DNA of 63,808 nucleotides, the filler included, from Octopus bimaculoides (taxonomy: Eukaryota): the NCBI RefSeq assembly GCF_001194135.2. It is 5 parts of 3 records of this genome, joined end to end, with 100 filler letters (N's around TTAATTAATTAA, not from the genome) between each part and the next. Parts side by side here need not be neighbours in the genome. Positions count along the whole stretch, not along the records: positions 1 to 28,258 come from NC_068986.1; 4 more parts are not named here. One strand, 5' to 3'. This document shows, piece after piece, positions 1 to 12,088 of this stretch. The notes beneath the pieces are model-generated. The model was not told where the DNA came from. It was given only the letters and a program-made list of their open reading frames with translations, and did not search any database. How positions within the stretch are numbered: the first letter of the stretch is position 1; the number at the start of each line of letters is the position of its first letter. The translations under genes and the position numbers were made by a program.

Positions 1-290
1 AGGTCCGGACTGAACCAGACCCCGAGCAGTTTAACCGGTCCGTCCGTCCAGCGTCCCACTACGGAGTCACTGTTGGACGGTATGGGCTTGCTTCTCCAGG
101 TGCCGAGTAACAAACCCACTGACTTTTCCGGGTTAATTTTTGCTCCTGTCACCGTTTCGTATTGTTTAAGTGTCTCGCCTAGCATCTCGACGTGCTTTTC
201 GCTCGACACTATAACGGTGACATCGTCCGCATATGCAGACACGCTCGTCCCGCAACCCAGCTCTCGTGGGATACCCCTCAGTGTCGCCAG
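1..290 (-). mobile_element. 5'-truncated Tx1/L1-clade LINE, reverse transcriptase fragment (continues off the window start)
   Basis: Manual minus-strand translation from 290 is stop-free for 96 codons: LATLRGIPRELGCGTSVSAYADDVTVIVSS...YETVTGAKINPEKSVGLLLG...VKLLGVWFSPD. It has the catalytic YADD (233-222), GAKIN.EKS and LLGVWF motifs typical of L1/Tx1 RT. Confidence 0.88.
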
Positions 291-326
291 CTGAGGGGTA
301 TCCCACGAGAGCTGGGTTGCGGGACG

Positions 327-327
<1 letters not shown>
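245..327. repeat. Perfect 37-bp inverted repeat with 9-nt loop
   Basis: 245-281 (tcgtcccgcaacccagctctcgtgggatacccctcag) is the exact reverse complement of 291-327. Confidence 0.97.
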
Positions 328-362
<35 letters not shown>

Positions 363-380
363 CAGACACACAGATAGATA
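328..380. repeat. (GATA)n microsatellite
   Basis: Direct reading. Confidence 0.95.
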
Positions 381-476
381 TTGTAAGGATACATTAAACA
401 GTTGCAGATTAAGAAATTCCTCTCGTAAAAGCTTTAACAATGCAGTTTTAAGAACCACAGGTGTTTGATTGTAGTG

Positions 477-690
477 TGGATGGACTATCAGAAAGCCTTA
501 GATATGTCATATCGGTGGATTATCAGTTTTTCTGTTAGGAAGGCCCCTCGTGACATAATATGCTATTACTTCCCCAATGACTGATAAGGAATCATTGATT
601 ATATCTTACACCTAACATTATCGAAACGCCGAAGGACGATCATTCATCCGTATGCTGTTTGTTCGCTCTTTGTATCTATTCATGAAACAT
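477..690 (+). mobile_element. Decayed RT fragment of an REL-type (R4/CRE/NeSL-like) LINE
   Basis: WMDYQKALDMSYRWI at 477-521 resembles WIDYxKAxDxVPHxWI; downstream EGRSFIRMLFV resembles QGDSLSPLLFV. Frame-shifted. Confidence 0.5.
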
Positions 691-920
691 TGTTTATAGA
701 AACGGATATTTTGGATATCGAAACATCTTTCATAATTTGAAAATATTGGCAAGATAGAACTATAAGCAACGAGAAGACACCGTATTTTGAATGCATGAAG
801 TAAGTATTTACATGAAAACTCTTAACCTACAATAAGAACATTGTTCACAATACTGTTGCAGATATTTCCGAAATGTAAATTCCCAAAGTTCCTGGAAATT
901 TCAACATCAACTGAACTCAT

Positions 921-1530
921 GGTTATTACCAGTTCACTTATGCTTGAACGAAAATCAGCTCGCGATGCCACCTGCCCAGAGAGAGTGAGATGCAAACATT
1001 TCAACTTGGTTATTTTCTCTTCAATCACAGAAACCCGAAATGGTGCGCTGCGAACTGGTGACAGAGTTTTTTTTCACTCTTATGACATTTCAGTCATCGT
1101 ACAATAAATGACTAATAGCGATAATCGGCGGCTCACCGTAAACAAATTACGGGTTGTGTCAGCATTATTTGCTTGCTTTGAGCTGCTGATTGCCGCTACT
1201 AGACATTGTATGATGACTGGAATGTCATAAGAGAGACAATCTTATGATATATGATAAGAGAATATCAGAAGAGTGACAATCTTTCTAATCAAGTCGCAGC
1301 CCACCATGTCCGGTGTCTGTGACTGAGGAGTAGATAACCACTCCGAATTGCTTGCATCTCATAATCTGTGCAGGTGGAGCTGCGAGCTGATTTTTCTGTA
1401 TTTACGCTATTTAGATTATTTAGATTATTTACATTATTTACGAGAAGTTTTCTCTATGACAAAACACATTGAATAGCTTTCTTACGGGTTCGAATATGCC
1501 CCAAGCGTATTTGAACTGGTAATAATCTTG
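921..1530. repeat. Diverged inverted repeat pair (old fold-back/TIR element or two opposed copies)
   Basis: The reverse complement of ~921-1096 aligns with ~1215-1530 through shared blocks gactgRaatgtcataagag, tcgcagcNcaccat, ttgcatctca, gcaggtgg..gcgagctgatttt and tgaactggtaataa. Confidence 0.6.
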
Positions 1531-1597
1531 TATTTATACACTTCACTGCTGAACGCTGCCACCAACAGAATTGTGTTACTTATCATATGTTCTATGC

Positions 1598-1720
1598 AGG
1601 AAGGCGGAAATCTGGGAGAATAGTTAGTGCGTCGGATAAATGCCTAGTTACATTTCAACGGTCACTATATTCTCAAATTCAAATTCCAGCGAGGTCGACT
1701 TTGTCTTACATCCTTTCTGA
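1598..1720 (+). mobile_element. tRNA-derived SINE family A, decayed
   Basis: B-box-like ttcaaattcc followed by gaggtcgactttg..catccttt core. Confidence 0.6.
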
Positions 1721-1729
1721 ATAAATAAC

Positions 1730-2180
1730 GAGGAAGCCGGCATGTAGGGTTTTCTTTTAGGTGTTGTTCTGGGTTGTGAGTGAGAGAAATTAGTTTAGCT
1801 GTGTGTGGCCGCACGGCCAGGAGATAGTCGAAAAGCCAGGGACAAGCGAGAAAGCGTCAGAGAGAGAAGGAGAGCTAGGCAAAATAAATAAATAAATAAA
1901 AATATAGAATCTGTTATAACCAGGTGAAATATAATGTGTAAGAGAAAGCTAAGAACTAAACTCTGGTGGAAATTACTTACACTCCAAATTCCTCACTGAA
2001 ATAATAACATCGAAAAATACCTTAGGAATGAGAACCCAGATTCGAAATTTCCCTAAGACACCTGATGAAGCCTGGATGGTATATCAGCCGAAACGTTGTG
2101 TTAACAACAAACAAGATGAGGACAAATATCCTTCAAATGCAAATAATGTAAATAATTCCTCATCTCTTAAATATAGAACT
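1730..2180 (+). mobile_element. Penelope-like pseudo-LTR-type repeat carrying a minimal hammerhead
   Basis: Contains cctgatgaag..cagccgaaacgttgtgttaacaacaaacaagatgagg, the arrangement typical of PLE pLTRs. No ORF seen; boundaries approximate. Confidence 0.55.
2057..2102 (+). ncRNA. Minimal type I hammerhead ribozyme-like motif (canonical core)
   Basis: Stem I gacac/gtgtt; core CUGAUGA (2062-2068); stem II gcctg/cagcc with one mismatch; GAAAC, then GUU triplet; helix III is the palindrome AACGUU. Confidence 0.6.
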
Positions 2181-3160
2181 TTCTATGTAAGTCTCAAATA
2201 TGCAATCACAGTCATTCTCATCCTTTTATCCTTCTAAAATCCCATAACCACGTCAAGCAATAACAATATACAACAAGTATTACCTGTCTTTAAGGTAGGT
2301 TTAACCCAAAATAAATCATTGTAAAATAACTGATATTTCCGAGTGTTCATAAAAACTTTCAGTGTTAGAATCATTAACAGGAATATAACTTGAGTTATAA
2401 ATATTTTGGGAAAGAAGTTTATAGTTGTATAGAACACTAAATTGTCAAGCTGTATAAATGCATCACCATATTCAGAGATTTGCAGATTATGTTTATCAAA
2501 GAGTTAAATTATATTAATCAAAGAGAAATCCTTTAACCATTCTGCTCAATATTAAAATTATGCAATAAAAGATAGTGAAACCAAAGAGATAATACTTTAC
2601 ATATTACAGAACAACACTAATATTTATAAACGCAAAAATAGGAAATTGAAGACTATATGTGATACAATCACCTCCAGATATTATGTGTTCGTTCCTACAT
2701 TCTCAATATTTTTCTCAAGCTTTATAAGTAATCATATTTCCATAAGGGATATATACCATAAAAATCGTCAATAAAAACGCTATTGCAGAGAACTACAGCA
2801 TTTCCAGTTAACCAGTATAAACAGAAGAAATTTTCATATAGTAAAACTTATCTCATTTATGTAATTTGAAAAAAACATATACATCCACGAAAGTATATAC
2901 CTGTAAAACACTTCAAGTTATCGGGATAAAATCTAAGATGGAAAACGAAATGACAAACAACATGGTATGTAAGACTAAAAAACCTTTCTAAAGATTTTCC
3001 TTGCAGTTTATGCATTTATACAGAGGGCTAGCGAAGCGCTTTGCTACTTCATTAACATAACATATCAGGAATTTAAAGTAAGTTAATATTAGCAATTAAA
3101 ATATTGATTTATCCATGATAGACACACGCTGACCATCGTCACGGCATCCAAAAACTGCAC

Positions 3161-3162
<2 letters not shown>

Positions 3163-3197
<35 letters not shown>
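3163..3197. repeat. (TCTA)n microsatellite
   Basis: Direct reading. Confidence 0.95.
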
Positions 3198-3198
<1 letters not shown>

Positions 3199-4031
3199 TT
3201 CTGAGAAATAATACGTTTTTACCTTCGTTATGCAATTTTGAAAATAAAAAATGTGAATAAGAGAATACATACAGACACACCCATTGAAAGTTATAGAACA
3301 ATTTCCTACGACCAACACATCGACAAATTATATTTCCAACATAATGGATCTGAACACTCTGAAAGACGTTTCGATATCTCAAAATATTGCCTTGGGGCTT
3401 TTTTCCTCTTACTATGCGGCCCTGAATATTTGGATATACCTCTAGAGTAAATAAACTTACGAGTACACTTCAGTATGCAATTCAATTAGACCTCACGTTG
3501 AAAATCGGAGGCCTTTCCTATTCAACAAAATGCATAAAAAGTAATCTCGAGTGAGTGCTTATTTATCTTTCTAAAACAAGTGATGTCTTGTGATGTAATG
3601 TACCGCTAAATGCGAAAATCGTTTCGTATTGTTTTGATGGTGGGTCATATAATCCTTATTCAGCTGCTCAAATAATACTAAAGCTGTCATCATAGATCTC
3701 TAATCAAATTCTTATCCTTCTGTTAATAAATTTCCCCTCGCCCCGACTGCAGTGAAAATTGCAGCCAAGATTAGTCGATGAATTCAATGACTCACGTGAG
3801 AATAAAAAGCAAGTTTTGGGTTAGATTCGTTCGTTACTAAAACATTACTACTGTAGTATCAGATACTCATATAATATCATATTACAATTATATATTTATT
3901 ATATAATGAGCTTTCATGACAGATCAGTGCAAAATATTCACCACTTCGAAATCATTTTATATCCTCTTTGATATCATAAATATCAATTGTGTTCATTGTC
4001 TCACTCGTAGGACGTGAGCTCTCAATAAATA

Positions 4032-5337
4032 TTGGGTCATCCCCTAAATAATGCAGATTTTTCAACTGCATGAACTAAACGTCGGAGGGGGACGGAATAA
4101 ACTACCTGCATCAACCTGCTATAAAAGCAGGTAGTAATTTGACCTTGTCTTTATTCTTAGTGCAAAGAATAAAGAATAATGCAAATTCTGAAGAGAGCAG
4201 TTCGATTTAAACAGTTATTTTTTCAAAGATATAATAGAAGTGACAAAGGAGCATGTTCGGCATATTTTGCTTTATTAGTTCAATAAAAGTAACAATGCAA
4301 CGGAAAGTGCGAGGAATATTAATGCAGTATATGGGGATCAGACAATAAGCGTAAGCCAGTGTCAACAGCAGTTCCAGAAATTCCAAGCTGGAAATTATAG
4401 CCTAGAAGACGAGTCTTGTTCTGGAAGATCTGTAGAGCTCGATGAGGAAAACCTACAAACTTTAGTGAAACAAAATCCCATCATAACTGTTGAGGAACTA
4501 GCAGAGAAGTTTGGATTTGGACATTTAACCATTCATTGAACCTCTCTGCCATCTGAATAGAGAGCAAATTAGGTCAATGGGTCCCTCACAAAATTTCCGA
4601 ATCTAATCGAGCAGACAAAGTGAATATGTGCTCTCCTTTGCTATCACGTCTCATGAGGCTTTTGGGGGGATTGAATAGTGACTGGTGATGAGAAATGGGT
4701 TCTTTATAAAAATGTCATGTGCTGAAGACAGGGGATAGGGAAAGGAGAAACACCATCACCTCAGGCTAAAGAAGATCTTCACCCACGTAAGGTGTTTTTA
4801 TTTGTTTGGTGGGATACGAAAAGTTTAGTCCACTTTGATCTTTTAAACCCAAACCAAACGATAACAAAGGCGATCTACTGCGAGCAGCTTGAGCAGCTCA
4901 AGTCAGTGCTAGAAGAAAAACGACCATTTTTGGTTTCAAGACGAGAAGTGTTCTTCCATCAGGATAATGCTCGACCATATACACCGAGTATCACATTCCA
5001 AAGGTTGGAGTAGTTTGAATAGGAAACGATAGCCCAGCCACCATATTTGCCGGATATTGCCCCATCTGATTATCGTTTATTCCGCAGTCTTCAAAATCAT
5101 TTGGTCGGAAAAAATATGAATTCTGTAGACGAGGTCAGAACTGTAGTGGAGGAGTATTTTTCGTCACTGACAAGTGAATTTTGGAAGAGGGTTCTTGCAA
5201 GCCTACCAGGTAGATGGAAGAGTATTGTAGAAAATGAAGGAGGGTATATTTTATATCAAAGCAGATTATTATTTATCTTAATTTTAAAAAATGAAAAGAA
5301 GTATTTAAAAATCCGCATTACTTATGGGATGACCCAA
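4032..5337 (+). mobile_element. Full-length decayed mariner transposon (D34D), about 1.3 kb
   Basis: TIRs ttgggtcatcccctaaataatgcagattttt and its reverse complement at the right end; TA TSDs at 4030-4031 and 5338-5339. Transposase remnant ~4234-5255 with WVPH, TGDEKW, HQDNARP, 34 aa, APSDY; multiple stops and frameshifts. Confidence 0.95.
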
Positions 5338-5478
5338 TATATTATATAATAAATTTCATTAAGTGTGACTGAGGGTTTAAAACTTATCGCATATCTCCAA
5401 AGGTACATGAAGGAATCCTCTGAAAATATTAAACCCCGTACTTGAATGCGCCTCCAGTTAATATTACTTTCAAATTTT

Positions 5479-5663
5479 TGGTACAAAGCGATTTCGAGGG
5501 GAGGGGTAAATCGATTATATCGATCCCAGTGATCAAGGGCTAATTATATTATAAACTCCGAAAGGATGAAAGGTAAAGTTGTCCTCGACGGAATTTGAAC
5601 TCACAACGTAAAGACGGGAAAAATATCGCTGAGCATTTTGCCTGTCATGCCAGCTGACCGCCC
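5479..5663 (-). mobile_element. SINE family A
   Basis: Reverse complement of the family A head and core (gaaaggatgaaaggtaaag...ggaatttgaactc). Confidence 0.75.
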
Positions 5664-5690
5664 TAACTTCCAGTTAATGTTGAATCCAGG

Positions 5691-5864
5691 GACGCGCCAG
5701 GCGAAATGCTTAGCAGTATTTCGTCTGTTTTTACATTCTGAGTTCAAATTCCGCCGAAATCGACCTTACCCTTTCATTCTTTCAGGGTCGATAAATTAAG
5801 TACCAGTTGTGTACTGAGGTCGATCTAAAAAATTGCGGGCCTTGTGACAAGAGAAGAAAAGAAT
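5691..5864 (+). mobile_element. SINE family A
   Basis: gcgaaatgcttagcagtatttcg...ctgagttcaaattccgccg...gggtcgataaattaagtaccag. Confidence 0.85.
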
Positions 5865-6016
5865 ATTGAATCCAGTAATTTTGAATCCACCCACACTTAA
5901 TTTTGAATTCAGTTGTGCTTAAAATAAGAAGCGTCTCATTGAATGCTCACCCTAAAGACAACAATCCTTATCCACAACAGTCAGAATATATTTTGATGCA
6001 CGCAACAAATCCTCTT

Positions 6017-6225
6017 CTACTATAAGCACAAGGGCCTGATATTTTGGGGGAGCGGAAATTCGATTATATCGACCCCGATACTTGACTAGCACTTAATTTA
6101 TCGATGCCGAAAGGATAAAAGGCAAAGTCGACTTCGGTGGAATTTGAACTCAGATCATAGCGACGGGCGAAATACCGCTAAGCATTTTATTCAGCGTGCT
6201 AAAGATTCTGCCAGCTCTCTGCTTA
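6017..6225 (-). mobile_element. SINE family A
   Basis: gaaaggataaaaggcaaagtcgac..ggaatttgaactcaga..gaaataccgctaagcattt. Confidence 0.85.
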
Positions 6226-6709
6226 AGATGCACGCAATAAGTCGACACCAAAATTTCTTAAGAAAACTGTATATGTGACCACGGGCCATAAATCAGTCTC
6301 TGAGTCGTTCCTCTAGCTACTAGAAAACTATGTCGTCCATATTGAATCTGACCGTCAACTTAAAATCTTTAAAGACGCATTACATCCTGTCATCTTAGGC
6401 ACGTGAATCCTAACAATAAATATAAAAACCAAAAATACAGGATTGCAGAAACTATAACAGACTTCGTGATATGTTACTTCAGGTCTGTTTGTTGTTAATC
6501 GATACCATTTACTAAAACAATCAGTTTAGGTCATACCGTCCAGAGCAGTTGAATTTAGGACGGAAATTAAAAACGTTAGTCCTGTTTATAGTTATCCTAC
6601 AACCGGTAGCGAATTGGTGAACTATGTCTATGTCGGTATTACTAGTTTTATAATGAAGTGTGTGTTTCTATATCTGCATTCCAATATTCTAATTATTCTA
6701 CTTCGTTTC

Positions 6710-6760
<51 letters not shown>

Positions 6761-6771
6761 AAAAAAACATT

Positions 6772-7040
6772 CGAGCGAGGCCGTTGCCAATGCCACAGGA
6801 CTGGCTCTTGTGTAGGTGGCACGTAAAATACACCATTTTGAGCGTGGCCGTTGCCAGAACCGCCTGATTGGCCTTCGTGCCGGTGGCACGTAAAAGCAGC
6901 CACTACATTCTGGGAGTGGTTGGCGTTAGGAAGGGCATCTAGCTATAGAAACTCTGCCAAATCAGATTGGAGCCTGGTGTAGCCATCTGGTTCGCCAGTC
7001 CTCAGTCAAATCGTCCAACCCATTCTAGCATGGAAGGCAG
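6772..7040 (+). mobile_element. RTE-tail repeat (family C: RTE 3' fragment or RTE-dependent SINE)
   Basis: gagtggttggcgttaggaagggcatc...cagtcaaatcgtccaaccca matches the 3' tail of the RTE LINE at 37820-38725. Confidence 0.8.
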
Positions 7041-7933
7041 TTAATTTAGTGAAACACGTATATGTTTCATAAAACACAAGATACTAAATATATTTTCTGT
7101 ATCTTCTAAACAACACTGTATACCGTCATTGGAAGCAAGTCATTTGGTCATATTCCCAAATCCATTCACTTATTTTTACTCTACCATTGAAATGCAATGG
7201 AACTTCCCATAACAAGCAGTAACACGTAAACATTACCGGATTGAGTCTATACAATCTTACAATGTCACAGTCATCATACAGAACTTCCAAATACAATGGG
7301 ATTATCCTAAACTACAGGAAAACTTCTCACGTAGACAACTACGATTACAAGTACAATATCTATGATAACGAAATAGATCTTAATATACAACTGCTACAGA
7401 TTGAGTACTTGAATGACATCAAGATTACAAACCATCCTCATACACTGAAATTTTACTTAGACTTTATTTTCTCTCCTTATCTAACACCTCTCTTACCCAA
7501 GAATAAGTTTATATTTTCTCAATATCCATATTTAAAATTTCTTTCCATTCTTTGTTTTATCACTTATGTTTATTTTTCACCCTATCTTGTTTTATTTTCA
7601 TTCTGTATTTTTAGTATTATCGAGTCAGTGTTTAGATATTTAGTAATTTTCTACTCATGTTTAAAGGGAAATGTGAATTTCATAATATTTTATCGGAGCT
7701 GATATTTTTTCTAGTTTTGTGAAGATAAGAATACTTCTTTTTATTATGACTTAAAAATAGAAAACAATGAGTAAATTCTGAGATATTCTATATATATTAT
7801 CTTCACGATAAAGTGAATATATATCAATGATATAATGAATAGATGTATATGTGTGTGTATGTAAGTATATATGCATAAATGAGTAAGAGTGTTTGCTTGA
7901 GAGTATGCCTTTTATGGGAATGTATATACAAAT

Positions 7934-7970
<37 letters not shown>

Positions 7971-7980
7971 NNNNNNNNNN

Positions 7981-8016
<36 letters not shown>

Positions 8017-8319
8017 GTATATATATACATGTCTGTGCGTGTGTGTGCGTGCGTGAGAGAAACAGAGACAGACAGACGAAAGTGGAGAGAGAGAGAGTAA
8101 CTTTGACCTCGGGGCAACGTTGATGGAGCAGATGTGATTAATTATCTTATCCTTGACTACAATACAGAACTTCTTTTATCTGTGTGCTGTTATTATACAA
8201 GATCATGAATGTGATTTGAGGTAAATTTCATTCTTATATAAAATCAGGACGAGCGACGACTCATTAGCTCGAGTCTGGTAGAGAAGCATACATTTAGTTG
8301 GATGCAATTATAGACTAAT

Positions 8320-8363
8320 CGACAGACAGACAAGCAGACAGATAGACAGACAGATAGATAGAT

Positions 8364-8451
<88 letters not shown>

Positions 8452-8510
8452 TAGATATATAAATAGATAGATAGATACATAGATAGATAGATACATAGAT
8501 AGATAGATAA
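8320..8510. repeat. (GATA)n/(GACA)n compound microsatellite
   Basis: Direct reading. Confidence 0.95.
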
Positions 8511-8890
8511 ATGAGCGGATTGACAGAAGGAGGTGTCATGATTTTCAGTACACAGTGTTTCAAGAATCGCTATTTCAAAAATGAAGAACCGCGTTCTGTA
8601 TCACACAAACTAACTTTTTTATAATTTAAAACTCTCATGGATATATGAGGATATTATTTTCTTTAATCCCTGGCGAGAAGAAAGATACAGCAATATCTTT
8701 ATTTGGGGGTTATCTAGAATTAATGGGAGACCACTGGTGTTCTTCATCAGAGCTATGAGATTGATGATATGCTAGCTATTTGAGAATACACACATACACA
8801 CATATATATATATATATATATGTACATATAGATTTATGCATGCATATATGTACATATATATATATATATATATACACATATATATACATT

Positions 8891-8947
<57 letters not shown>

Positions 8948-9244
8948 NNNNNNNNNNNNNNNNNNNNNNNNNNNNNNNNNNNNNNNNNNNNNNNNNNNNN
9001 NNNNNNNNNNNNNNNNNNNNNNNNNNNNNNNNNNNNNNNNNNNNNNNNNNNNNNNNNNNNNNNNNNNNNNNNNNNNNNNNNNNNNNNNNNNNNNNNNNNN
9101 NNNNNNNNNNNNNNNNNNNNNNNNNNNNNNNNNNNNNNNNNNNNNNNNNNNNNNNNNNNNNNNNNNNNNNNNNNNNNNNNNNNNNNNNNNNNNNNNNNNN
9201 NNNNNNNNNNNNNNNNNNNNNNNNNNNNNNNNNNNNNNNNNNNN

Positions 9245-9284
<40 letters not shown>

Positions 9285-9891
9285 TTGAAATACTCCGAAG
9301 AAATGCGATAAATTTAGTGAGCTTCATCTCACTTCCGAATACAAGATAAATTCAACTTGAAGCTTTAATAAAATATATCCTGATTTGTTATCAATTTTAG
9401 GCGACAAAAATTTACTTCTGAAAGTTTCAATCGATAACATCATACGTAGATATAATTCCTCTCAAAATATAGCTTCACCTCAGATGAATTCTGTTACAAA
9501 GATCATATTTACCTATATATATTTATCTATTTAGATTTTCAATTTTATATCATAATTTTCGAAAAACAACGTCGCAGGAAATCAGTTTCCAACAGATATA
9601 TCAATGCTTGATAATATTTCTGATGTTGAGAATGACAAGCTCGCATCTGAAATTTAATGACTATTACCCTAATGATAACATGTTTCCATAACTACGGCGT
9701 GTTAAATATATGATAAATGAAGATACAGGAGGATCAGTTAATTATGACTTTATTCAACATATTTTCTCTTAGATTCACACACTTATTGCAGCGGTCCTCC
9801 GGGTTCTCTATGTGCTGTAAAAGAACTCGGAATGTTAGGACTCCAATCAAGCCTTTCGCGATAGCCTTAAAGCCAGGAACTTTTCGGTAAG

Positions 9892-9940
<49 letters not shown>

Positions 9941-10086
9941 ATGAGTTAAAATAAGAACAGTAATAAAGGAATGAAAAACGAATATACAGTGTGCGTGTTT
10001 TATTGGCAGAAAAATTACCATCCCGAGATACATCTGTTCCAACATGCGATTTTACATCAGGAAACTTGCAACACAAATTCGTTAAC

Positions 10087-10131
<45 letters not shown>

Positions 10132-10689
10132 TGATAGATAGATAGGTGGCTAGACGCATACATATCATTATTATTAGCGGTGGTAATCGTAGTGAAAGTA
10201 TTTCTTAACGCTTAAGCCGAAACAGATAAAGCTATAAATAATATTGTGCTAAAAATATTCCAAAGGCCGTCTGTGGAACTCGAACACACATCGTATGTAA
10301 CATCTTATATAACTATGACTGACGTTCTACCATTGGACCAAAGTATATTTCGTACTATTTTTTTTTGTATTTAAAATATCTCTTTTAGAAACTAAGTTCT
10401 TACCAGCGAGAATTCTGTTTAGTTTGCATCGCATGAATTTAGAGGCTACTTTTGTTTTAGTCTCCTGAGGTTTCGTGACTAAACATACCCTCAGATCTGA
10501 AGAATGCTTCTTAGGGCTCCTGCAGAATATATTTAACAATGAAATAAATACGGTTGGTTGCACTCGTTCAAAGAACCTAACTGGAATTAAAAAAACAAAT
10601 GGCTGGTGTTTATTTGTTTATTGTTGTGGCTATAACAACGGTGAATAATGTTAATGTTATAACCATGGAAATAGATTATTCCTTTCTAC

Positions 10690-10935
10690 TCTAGGCACAA
10701 GGCCGAATTTTTTAGTGGGTGGGGGGAGTCGATTAGATCGATCCCAATACGCAACTGGTATCTAATTTATCGATCCCGAAAGAATGAAAGGCAAAGTCGA
10801 CCTCGGTGGAATTCGAACTCAGTACGTAAAGACATAACGGCAGACGAAATACCGCTAAGCATTTCGCCCGACGTGCTAACGTTTCTTATTTCTTTATAGC
10901 CCACAAGGAGCTACTCATAGAGGGGACAAAGGGGA
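10690..10935 (-). mobile_element. SINE family A head-to-tail dimer (partial)
   Basis: Family A sequence with the dimer junction at 10886/10887 (reverse complement gaaata|agaaacgttagcac). Confidence 0.85.
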
Positions 10936-11040
10936 CCGATAGAATAAGTACTAGGCTTACAAAGGATAAGTCCTGAGGTCGATTCGTTCAACTAAAGGTG
11001 GTGCTCCATCATGGCCGCAGAATAAAAGAATAAAAGAATA
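10936..11040 (+). mobile_element. SINE family B, 3' part
   Basis: accgatagaataagtactaggcttacaaag..gactaaaggtggtgctcca..catggccgcag plus (AAAAGAAT)n tail. Confidence 0.8.
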
Positions 11041-11369
11041 TATACATAGAAGAAGTATGATAAATGCATTCATATATGAGGGAAGATTGTGTGCACATGT
11101 AAAATTATAAATTTCCATTTTTCCGTCATCTATTATTGAAGTCTTAAACTGTTCAAATACGAACAAATAATTATATATCTGCTATAAATCGTATTAACTC
11201 GTATCGTTTGCTATTATATTTGCGCTTTGTTGACCTCGATGGAGTTCAATGATCGCTAAATACAATAATTATTATTGATTTTTATGTATGATAATATATA
11301 AATCTGAAGTACATACCTGATTTCATGAATTGGAATTCATTCTTCTCTTGAATCTGGGTCTGAAATCTG

Positions 11370-11700
11370 GAGAAAGGTCGCTTGTCAATTATATCGACAT
11401 TAGCGCTCCACTGGTACTTTATTTTCCGACCTCGGAAAGATGAAAGGGAAACTCGATTTCAGCGGAATTTGATATCAGATCGTGAAGGCAGAAGAAATGA
11501 CTCTTACCATTTTCCCGGAATGCTAACGATTCTGCGAGTTCGCTGTCTGATTCTTTAAATTTTAGTACAAGGCCAGAAATTTTAAGAGTAGGTGGATTGT
11601 CACTTACACTGACCTCACTACTTGACTAGTGCTATATTTTATCGATCTCGGAGGAGTGAAACGCAAAGTTTATACGACGAGAGAACTTTGAACTCAGGAA
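11370..11700 (-). mobile_element. Two decayed SINE family A copies
   Basis: ctggtactt..ggaaagatgaaag..cggaatttga; second copy 11565-11700. Confidence 0.65.
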
Positions 11701-12088
11701 TTCCAACCACGTTTCCTGGTTGGCTACCTCAACAGCTCCTTTATAGGATCTAGTGGCTAAAGACATCACTAAGAGGAACCACGTCCGGTTTCGGCGCCTA
11801 CTCCTCTATCGTTTTCGACGTGGCGGGGTCCCACCTTTCGGAGGTGTCTTCAGCTCTGGTGTTTAGTGCATCTCTTCTTTCTCCTTTTTTCTTCTGTTCT
11901 CTGGCCTCTTCGATGCAGCGTCAACGAGTGTCAGTGGGTGACTGACCGTCCAGCCATATTTCCCTTAAAATACTCGCTGGTAGGCTCCAGCACCAGATAG
12001 TTGTCACATGACACTCTCTGAACTTCAACTGACCAATGGCGCGTAATCTTAGCCCGCGCCCTCTCTAAACTTGTCTTGGGGTGTTAAA

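Noticed and set aside
11700-12060. GC-richer island with short hairpins (ccacgtc/gacgtgg, cacct/aggtg)
   Set aside because: No complete ribozyme, tRNA or ORF could be assembled; probably an unclassified TE fragment.
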